This document shows positions 53,657 through 64,000 of a DNA stretch of 64,000 nucleotides, in pieces. The notes below the pieces were generated by a model. That model worked only from the letters and a program-made list of their open reading frames with translations. It searched no databases and was not told the origin of the DNA. A program made the translations under genes and the position numbers. This stretch comes from Octopus vulgaris (Eukaryota). Where the stretch lies: the NCBI GenBank assembly GCA_951406725.2, contig OX597814.1, positions 118,420,001 through 118,484,000 on the forward strand, written 5' to 3'. Position 1 is the stretch's first letter; the number at the start of each line of letters is the position of its first letter.

Positions 53657-55177
53657 CTATATATATATATATACAAATGAGAATATGTGTATGTATGTAT
53701 GCGTGAATCCCTAAAACTCGAGAAGTACCCAACCGCTTCATTCAGATTTTACATATGCATTACTTAGGGTCTATGGGGTGTCACGGACTAAAAAAGACCT
53801 TCAACTTCTTGGCCAATGCGGGCCCGGAGCAAACTTTTAGACTGATTTGGTATTACGTGTCAAAAGACAATATTGTTTCACTTTTATTCTTTCACTTTTA
53901 ATTATAATGTGATAATACAAGGATAATCTTATTTCTATTATATTTGAAATACATGAATAATATTCATCCTAATGTGGACAACATTACGCATCTGCAACAT
54001 TCTGTCTATACCACCATGACAGCGGAATGGTGTGTCAGTATATGTGCGTGGGCTGAAAAAACGAGCAGCTGGATGTGAAACTCTCGGCAAAAAACAGTGA
54101 GATTGCAAGACAAAGGTATACCTTAACTTAACATTCAATACATGTGCTTAACACACACACATATACACATATATATCATCATCATCAAATTTATCTATGA
54201 TAATTATTGTTGCATTTACAGTTAAAATAGTAGTTCGTACACGTGCTTCTATTTTGTTAATTTGCTTATATTTGGTTAATTTACACTGCATACAAAAATA
54301 AAGACATAGAACTGCTTACAAAAATAGAGATTAACGTATAATTTTTTCTATATTCATAACATTTTATTTACAATATTGAAAAAATATGCCACCAAAGAAA
54401 GACGTAATCTCTCCAGAAACAAGCTTAAATCAAGGAGGAATGTAGAAAACCGAAGGCGAGAGAAAGTAGATGAGGTCTTCTCAAGATCGGCAAAGGCTTG
54501 CTACTTAACGTCAGATGAAATCATTATACAGAAAGGAGATGAGACTTTCCCAAAATCAGTAACGGCATCCTGCAGCTCATCAAATGGTGTCTCAAGGCAG
54601 AAGCGAGATGAGACGTTCCCAGCATCAGGGAAGGCATGTTGCAGCATTTAATGCTGAATCATTAAAACAATGTTTTAATGATTTGACAGAGATCCAATAA
54701 ATTGCTCTCAGAAACAGAAAACGAGCAAATTCGTTCTTCGCATCTGGAATCGCTTTCAAATATAGCCCATCCCATTCTTATAAAAAAAAAAATTCTGTCC
54801 AAATTAGTGTGCTAAACTCAAATTGTCGTTTATGTAAAGCTTTCAAATTTCCATGTTAAACTAATGACATGTGCTGCTCAGGAGGTAAGGTAAAATTGGC
54901 AGCACTACCAGCTCCTCCTCAACATCGTATGGATCTTCTGGAAGGCATTTCCATCCAGTCAAAGAATTTTCTGAACAATATCAGACAATACAGCTCTTCA
55001 TTTCGAAGAACATCAAGTTGTGCTTCTAAGGAGATAGATGGATATGGATTTATGCTGACTTTCAAAGTTCACCTTATTGGTTCCCAGTTACCCATGTATG
55101 AACAACCAACGTTACTCCAAATTTACTTTTTGAGTGATGTAAAACAACAGACCCGAAGACGGTGTCAAAACGTCTGA
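53657..55177 (+). mobile_element. Helitron 5' fragment with decayed RepHel N-terminus
   Basis: CRLCKAFKF...MCCSGGKVKL...FLNNIRQY...TFKV.HLIGSQLP...LLQIYF; 69-bp repeats at about 54450-54665. The 5' boundary is approximate. Confidence 0.8.
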
Positions 55178-55759
55178 CAATGGGCCGTGTTAGACGCAGT
55201 GACGACCGCCGCAAAGGGGATTATATCTACTGACAGCGTTTCGTTGCGTTCAAAAATCACACACCCTACCCCAGGTTTCCATGACAGGTTAGGGCCTGGA
55301 ATCCTCCAAACGGACGCAAGACATGATTAGTCGAACTTACTTTCCATTTACTCCACAACTGATTTGTCCTCAATGCTACACTTTCCCCTTATCACATGTA
55401 TATATATATATATATATATATATACATTGGTATGTCGGTATATCAGTGACAACAGTTTGGTGGAAACTATCGGACGTTGAACGCGAAATCGTCCGCGTGG
55501 TGGAGAGGAAATCAACTGCGTAGTCGACCGGGTTGAAGAAGTAGGAATGGGTGGTATGTGCAAATATATATTTGTATATATGGGTGTCAGGACGTATTCA
55601 TATGATTTTGCGTGCATACCTGTACTGATGCGAGCGTGCGCATCTGTACATGGGCCGGCATGCACCAGCGCGTCAGTGACTGTATCTGTGCGTGCGCACA
55701 TGTTCATACACAAGTACTCACACACACATGTATATGTATGTATGTATCTATCTATCTAC

Positions 55760-55908
<149 letters not shown>

Positions 55909-56049
55909 CCATGTATATATGTGTATATATATGTGTACATATTACATGTACATCTATATATATATACATCTACACAAAAAATACAAAATACAAAGTTATA
56001 TCTTGATATCGCTAGTGATAACAATACTCAAAATATATAACAGACTGGA

Positions 56050-56640
56050 ATTGTAGGCCCGTCTCTTGCAATTTCGATCAATTGTATCTTGTCCTCCCTC
56101 TTGTTTAGAAATGTGGCTACAATCCAGCCTACCTCTACTTCTGGGGGAGACATTTTAAACTTTTATCCGGGACGTCCGACGTCCCAGATATAAGGGTAAA
56201 AATAAAATATTTCCACTTTGCAATGTTCGAGTCGTGTACTCCCTTGCACGCTCTGTTGACTCGAACCTTGCTTCTATTGTGGCGAATTTACCGCCTCTGG
56301 TTAGATACTTGATATCTTTCATAGTCGCACAAAGACACTATTCGATGGTGCTTTCCTCCAGGTGTTCAAATCTTTTTTCTCTACATTGTATACTTTATAC
56401 ACAATAGTCTTTTCTATAATTTTATTTTTTATTTCCGTTGGTGGTGTTATCCTAGATTCACCGTCTTTGTCGGTGATCAATCCGAAATAGGTTTGTATTT
56501 CTTCCATTTTAATTTTAATGAGTTCGCGCCTGCCGACGGATGCACCAAAATTTTGGACGTTGTTGTATCGAAGGCATTTTAACAAAAATGCTTCCGTATA
56601 AACGGTGAAAATATTGTCGATTTCCCCAAACCAGGACACA
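56050..56640 (-). mobile_element. Probable LINE ORF1 5' fragment (frameshifted)
   Basis: ORF 56319-56639 continues out of frame as KYLTRGGKFATIEARF...LPLYLGRRTSRIKV*NVSPEVEVGW; family assignment is by recollection only. Confidence 0.45.
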
Positions 56641-57279
56641 ATTCAATTTTTAAACAATAACCAAAGCTCCTTCTCCCAAAGGGGGAGGTTTACGGTTTAC
56701 AATTATTTAACAAATGCAACACAACAACGTTTCCCTTTCGAGGAACCAACAAACGTGATAACAATAGTTAAACAGTAATAATAGTAACAACAAACCTTAT
56801 GGTGAATCAAAACGCAGTACGCAGTTGAAGCTATAGTCCTTTATGTATAACCAACGGCAGTATTCAGTAGAAGTGGCTGTTCGAGAAAACAGACATTACA
56901 TCCAGCCAAACGTCATATACATACTAAATGCTAGCTAATTAGCAGATAATCTAATGTAAACGCCGTGGTAAATGGTATGTGCACAACTTCATCTGGACTA
57001 TTCCATTTCTGCACACTAATTTTATCTTTAATTTATTCCCATTCATATAAAACCAGTTATTCAAGTTCAAGTCATTGATGCAATTTTATACCAATTGCTA
57101 TTTTTACTTTTGTTATGTTACGATTTAATTATTATATTATACTTTAGTTTATATATATATATATATATATGAGTGCATACATGTACACATGCATATTGGG
57201 GATCGGGGAGAGATGGGGAATGGTAATGCTGGTCATAGAGTCATTTAGGGATTTAAGGATGGGTTAGAATAATGCCGAC

Positions 57280-57880
57280 ACCTTATATGGTATAACACTG
57301 CTTTCAATCTAGAAGTTTCCACCAACGCACCTAGGGTTTTCCTGTCATTAATTAAGAAACCTTTCTTTAGAAAGGACAATTATTACAAACTCTTCAACCG
57401 CCTTAATTGCAACGTGAGCTACTCCTGCTTAAACAACATCACACGCAGCAACAAATTTAAAAATACACCTGCACCACTCGCTATCCCAACCTGCAATTTC
57501 GGAAATCTAACCATGTGCCCCCGATAAGGATCCTACCTCCAAAGGATGTAGTGTGCAGAGTCACCCTTATACTATCTGATGGAATTCGTAGGCACTATAC
57601 GGGTATTACAGCTAATGACTTCAAGATTAGACACTCCCAGCGTAAGCACTCGTTCAGATCCAGAGACAGAGAGAACTCTACTTATCTATTTCGTTTTCTC
57701 TGGAGATTCCGTGACCTTCGAGATGAAGCACCCTGCCTCAGGAGGACAATTGTCGATACAGCACCACCATATCACGTGGGATCCCAATCTGCATGCTGCG
57801 TCTCTCAACACGCCGTCGATTTCCTGTTCACTATGTCGTATTTTCAAACCAACTGTTGTCGATGATATATCGATATATCA
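57280..57880 (+). mobile_element. Penelope-like element fragment (linker + GIY-YIG), same broad type as 20640-21620
   Basis: IWYNTAFNLEVSTN..FLSLIKK.F...KLFNR...VSYSC; VVCRVT...HYTGITANDFKIRHSQRKHSFR...STYL. Confidence 0.82.
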
Positions 57881-58081
57881 ACATCAAACTACAACACACA
57901 GTTACCTTCCTGGACCAATTGCACCTTACTGTAATAACAATCAACTGTTTTCATTTAAATTCAAAATGTTTGAAAATTCGCATCACGCTTGAAACGCGGA
58001 ATACGAGCGTATGCGAAACAAACTGTTTTGATATATGCATCTGTCTTCCTACCTAATTATCTCCCTATTTATCTATTTATC

Positions 58082-58140
<59 letters not shown>

Positions 58141-58257
58141 ACACATACACACACACACACACATATATATATAATTAGGGTTCAGGAAAAAAATTTGCTT
58201 GACACATACCGAACATTTAGAAATAGCAGCCAAAAAATTTAGCTAGTTCTTCTACTG

Positions 58258-58560
58258 TAAGAAGAGTCTCCCAGACAATGTATACTCAAAAACAATTCAC
58301 GTAGGCATAGAGGGAAAAATAACGAAAGTTCACTCGAAATTAGATTACTTTTGAACGCGTTTCTGAGTTAGTCAGATATAGAGATGCTAGAAATACAGAT
58401 ATAGAGATGCTAGAAATACATGTATTTCTAGCATCTACATAGCTGACAAACCCAGAAACGCGTTCACAAGTAATCTAATTTCGAGTGAACTTTCGTTATT
58501 TTTCCCTCTATGCCTACGTGAATTGTTTTTGAGTATACATTGTCTGAGAGACTCTTCTTA
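58258..58560. repeat. ~300-bp near-perfect palindrome downstream of the Penelope-like fragment
   Basis: TAAGAAGAGTCTC...GAACGCGTTTCTG pairs with CAGAAACGCGTTC...GAGACTCTTCTTA; centre GAAATACATGTATTTC with a short tandem duplication in the left arm. Confidence 0.95.
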
Positions 58561-59046
58561 TATATATATATAGAGAGAGATACGCACATATATCTGTGTA
58601 TTACACATATACGAACACATCTTTTTTACGTAAATATAGGTGTATTATATACGAAGTTCTATTGATATAAATCATTCGTGAGAAATCGGATAGGTGATTA
58701 TGATATTGTTCAGTAAGCTCCACAGTTGAGCTTTGCATTTGTAAAGAAAGTTTACCTCGGTATATACCAAGAAAATTGTCCAAAGATATAGCTAATGAGT
58801 TATAGCTTTAGTAACATTCTATGTATATCGGTAGCCACTACACACATTTTTTTCTTTCCTTGTTTCTTTCTGTGTTCCTTTCTGTGTCCCTTTCTGTGGA
58901 AGAGCGTATGCTCGAAACGTAACAGACTTTTTCAATACCCGAGCGTTATACTAATACATCTATTTGTTTTCTACACCACCTGTCTTCATCTTCGTGAATT
59001 CTCCCTATATATATATATAATATGTTTATATATATATATATATCAA

Positions 59047-59102
<56 letters not shown>

Positions 59103-59130
59103 CATATAATGATGATATATATATATATAT

Positions 59131-59230
<100 letters not shown>

Positions 59231-59914
59231 TATATATATGTGTGTGTGTCTGTGTGCGTGTGTATGTTTCTGTGTGTGTTTGTGCATGTATAAAATTATG
59301 TGCGTTGACTGCACCGCAAGGGGTTTTAGCTCTTATTTCGACCATTGTAGATGTTCCAACAAGCTCAAACCTATTTAATGGCAATTGTAGTTTTCCATTT
59401 CGGTAATACATTGCTAATACCTTGCCTAAATTAATTAATTATATATATATGTGATGGATGGGTGAAAGAACGGTAAAATTGTTTAAAATCCCGTGTTATT
59501 TGGTATCACATGTAAATACATTATTAACACGTTTTAATCAGGAGAATACAATCTGTTAATTACCTGTTAGAGATACGTGTATATCGACTAGCTTTATGTA
59601 GCGGGAAAAGCAGCAATGACATAATAATTCATGATGTAAACTTATTTTAAAAGTACTTTTATTATAGAAATAATGTTTTGAACAGAATATTTTTATTTTC
59701 AAATATCAAACATTATTTTTATTATTCAAAAAAAATAATGTTGGTGTTACGTACACAGTTTTGTGTTCTTTTCTCAGCTAATCGCTGATTCGTAGTACAT
59801 GTGAAGGCGGGCAGCTTGGTGTTTCTGGTATTCTGCTCGCAATTGTAATGTCATGTGTCCATTTCCCGAAAGTTAACAGTAATCTTGAGCGAGACAATTT
59901 ATTTATCGTCATGT

Positions 59915-60125
59915 CAGTTCGCTCAGCTGGCAAAAATCATTTGTAGCTGTGTTTAAAACGGCCAGGTTTATCGCATTTTGTGTCACGCTGAATCTTCCTC
60001 AAGACTACGTTAAGGGCATGAAAATGAGGTGAATGCTCAGCAACTTTCACGCCTATTATATGAGCAGTCTCTTCCGCAGATTGAACTAACTCGAACACTT
60101 ATTGTCGTCAACGACAGAGTGCCAG
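59915..60125 (+). mobile_element. Decayed SINE-like interspersed repeat
   Basis: CTCAGCTGGCAAAAAT is shared with the 14635-14650 SINE; 3' part loosely resembles the reverse complement of about 24930-25010. Confidence 0.5.
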
Positions 60126-60155
60126 TTTATTTAAATACGCATATAGATGCAAGAA

Positions 60156-60217
<62 letters not shown>

Positions 60218-60252
60218 CAAAATATAGGGACTAGAATCGGTAGAATCCAGGC

Positions 60253-60283
<31 letters not shown>

Positions 60284-60660
60284 TCACTTAAGTAATTGAG
60301 TGATACTACACACTGATTGGTCAGAATACAGTTTGCAAAACCTAGCACTCTGGAGCCTACCCAGCTGTATTTATAGCACAGAATCACTCATCTTGCTACA
60401 GTCAAAAATTGTGAAGCATGACTGTCAACACTACTACATGAACCCGAAGATTGCAGAATTCAATGCATGAAAGTACTAGTTCAATCAGAATGAATATTTA
60501 ACATTCTACTATTTCATTTTATTTTACTCAATTATAATATATTATCTTATAATATATCATTATAAGATTGTAAATAAAACGTGAAAATCAGACAAGGTTG
60601 GAATTCTTTTTATTAATATATTCTTCTATACACAATCACACACACCCATATATATATATA

Positions 60661-60700
<40 letters not shown>

Positions 60701-61138
60701 TATATGCATACAATATATAATAGTGTACATTTAAACACAAGAAAACTACCTTTAACAGGTAATTTTACACGCTAGAACATGCAGTCAAAACCACCGAAAA
60801 CATATTTAAGACCAATTTCGAATGGAATGAAATATAAAGATGTTTACCAAGTTATTTTTTACTGTTATACCTATGTTTCAATTTTATTAGCAAATGAAAT
60901 AATTTTCCAGGCGAAATTCTAATCAGTAACCGAGCCATAACATTCATTTACAGACAACATAACACGTGTCTCATCATTATATGTTATAATTATTCAAATT
61001 CAGTGCGCAAGCGTGGTTTCAGTCGGAAGTAAATGAAAAATGTCGAACTGATCTTCGAAATGCTTGCGCCAATATATTACGTATATATATCTATATATAT
61101 ATATATATATAAGTACCAGTTACTTATATATATATATA

Positions 61139-61418
61139 AGTACCAGTTACGCACTGGGGTCGATGTAATCGAATTAATACCTTTGTCTGTCCTTGTTTGT
61201 CCACTCTGTGTTTAGCCCCATGTGGGTAGTAAAGAAATAGGTATTTCGTCTGTCGTTACGTTCCGAGTTCAAATTCCGCCGAGGTCGACTTTGCCTTTCA
61301 TCCTTTCGGGATCGATAAATTAAGTACCAGTTACGCACTGGGGTCGATGTAGTCGACTTAATCCCTTTGTCTGTCCTTGTTTGTCCCCTCTGTGTTTAGC
61401 CCCTTGTGGGTAGTAAAG

Positions 61419-61420
<2 letters not shown>
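61139..61420 (+). mobile_element. 5'-truncated MetaSINE-like SINE with tandem body/tail, embedded in (TA)n
   Basis: AGTACCAGTTACGCACTGGGGTCGATGTA...TAAAGAAATA occurs twice. Confidence 0.88.
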
Positions 61421-61471
<51 letters not shown>

Positions 61472-61897
61472 CAAGGAAAAATTATAAAAAGGTGGAATGC
61501 TAAATTGAAGGTAAGTGTTAATGAAAATGGGTGTATGGAAAATAATTGTTTTCTTTTAAATATTAAATCCAAGCGGTTTTCTTCGCAATGCGACTTTTCA
61601 AGAATCGTAAGCTGAAAATAATTTTTTTGTATAATTGAGGAGGGGGAAAAAAGAAAATTACATTGTTTTTTGCATAAAAATAATAAAAATATACAAAAAT
61701 TAATAAATAGGTACACCGATACATTGTGAAATCTTTGTGTGTCGAGTTCAATGATAGTTCTTAGAAAAATTACCTTGGAGGATTAAGATCCTTGTGATTA
61801 AATCCATGTGGTGTTTAATTTAAGAGGTTTGTTAAATCAATGCCAAAACAGGAAATAGGGTAGGAGTTATCCAGTTCCTGTGGGTAAGGGGATATAC

Positions 61898-62075
<178 letters not shown>

Positions 62076-62647
62076 TCCATACCTAGCGGACCCTCGGAAG
62101 CAGTAACTTCTCCAAACGCGGGGTAGACAGCAAGCTACTTTTTAGGCCAACGATACTTTGAATGTATGAAGTTTACACGGGATATTCTAACGACAATGCG
62201 AATTTCATATAATCAAGGTATCTTTGGCCTGAAGTGTAGATTACGGTCATCCACACGTTTGGATTATTTATTTCTTCGCTGGTTCTGTCAGCGATAAAGC
62301 ATATGTAGCCTGGATTCTATCTACTTCATTCCATATATTCTGGAGATTTATTCGATATGCAACAACTGCTGTGCCAACCGGGAACAGTAAAACAAACTTT
62401 TTCAACTTGTATTCGAAACGGGAAAAATTCACAACCTTAACCTTCTGCGTCACTAAATCACTATCGTTCCTGAAATTTGTGTTTCATACTTCTGTGGATT
62501 GCTTGAAGACCCCTAAATTCCTGCACCTCTGTTCTTGGCACTTTCATCTACATCCCTACCACACACATACACACGTACACACACACAAACACACATATAC
62601 ATGCACGCATCCACAAACGCACACACACACACATATATGTATATATA

Positions 62648-63217
62648 TATTGGGTTGTCCTGAAAGTTCGTGCCGATTTATAGTAGCTTACCTTTCGATT
62701 TATTTTAGAACATGGTTCGTCCATAAAATAGGATTTGACTACACATCCATTTAGAGCACAGTTTTAGCTATGTTTTCGTGGAAGAAGTTATATGTTCCTA
62801 TAACCTGTGTTAAATCTGTAACCCTTTAAAATGGAAGGTAAGAAAGTTCATTTTCGGCACTTGATGCTTTGGGAACCAGACAATAATTGATGCAGCTCGA
62901 CTGGGATGTGTTACCCCACCTTCCATATTCACCAGATATTGCTCCTTCGGATTTCAACTTACTCAGGTCTCTGCAGAATAGTCTTAATGGTAAAAAATTT
63001 CAATTCATTGGATGACGTAAAAAGATACCTCGATGAATTCATTGCCCTGAAACCACCTCAATTCTGGGAAGAGGTTATTTTCAAGTTAAAGGAAAGATGG
63101 AGACGCATTGTGCAACAAAATGGTTCATATTTGGTTGATTAAAAATGTAATGGCAATTATTTATTGACCATATTCTTTCCTTTAAAGATCGGCGCGAACT
63201 TTCCGAACAAACTAATA
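62648..63217 (+). mobile_element. Internally deleted mariner element (~570 bp)
   Basis: Imperfect TIRs TATTGGGTTGTCCTGAAAGTTCGTGCCGAT / ATCGGCGCGAACTTTCCGAACAAACTAATA; MEGKKVHFRHLMLW joined to PYSPDIAPSDF...KLKERWRRIVQQNGSY. Confidence 0.88.
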
Positions 63218-63589
63218 TATATATACCAGCAAATATGCACACATAAATATGTGTGTGCGTGTGTGTAGAGAGAGAGGGTGAGAGAGAGAGTGAGAGAGAT
63301 AGAGGGAGAGTAACGGACAGAGAGAAAAGTTGACAAAGAAATGACTGCGTATATTTATGTAAAATATAATCACATGCTCTGTGCCATGTCTTTGACTGGA
63401 AGTAAATGAATAATTTCTTACGCTTTGTAATGCACATCTGAATTCAGGTTGAACAAGGCTTTGTTCTCCATAAGTGAATACGAGATATATGATTGAATAT
63501 ATAACCAGAAATATGAATATATTCTCAGGTATTCTAGTTCCCATAGGACTCTGTATAGAGCACTCGTTTCTCACTTAAAGTATCCATGC

Positions 63590-63626
<37 letters not shown>

Positions 63627-64000
63627 CTCTGTTTATATCTGCGTAAACTCATAAGCATAACATTTCTGCATAATTATATCTATGTATATGTGTGCGTGTG
63701 AGTATGTGTACGTGTAAGTAAATGTATATACGTGTGCGTGTGTGTGTATATATATATAGAGAGAGAGAGACAGACAGAGATAGTAACGCACTCATGTTTA
63801 TATTTGTGTGCATATGAATGCCTGCGAGTTTCCCTACTTAGCATATATCCATGTGTAAACATTTCTGTATGCTAATGGCGTGGAAATAATATGTGTATAC
63901 GTGTGAAAATAATATATGTAAGCACATAAAATTCATATATTCCAGAAAAGCAATACAAAATGTTATGTGCTTATAGTCATCGAGTCAATGAAGTAAGCAT

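Overview
AT-rich, microsatellite-dense eukaryotic DNA made almost entirely of transposable-element debris. The SINE repertoire and repeat landscape suggest an octopus/coleoid cephalopod genome (inference). I found no intact host gene. Recognisable elements: five Dong/R4-type RLE LINE copies, four ending in or beside (TAA)n-type tracts; L1/Tx1, CR1 and RTE-like relics; three Penelope-like GIY-YIG fragments; three mariner derivatives; an internally deleted piggyBac; a Helitron fragment; and several tRNA-derived SINE families. The most notable observation is a ~273-bp TSD-flanked element (31989-32261) built as tRNA-like Pol III head + (AAT)n + minimal type I hammerhead ribozyme module. Two more module copies occur, one with an intact catalytic core (44619-44664). 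Six fold-back palindromes are also present, several near Penelope-like relics. Most long ORFs in the track are microsatellite or antisense artefacts. All family calls are by eye, without database searches, and relic boundaries are approximate.
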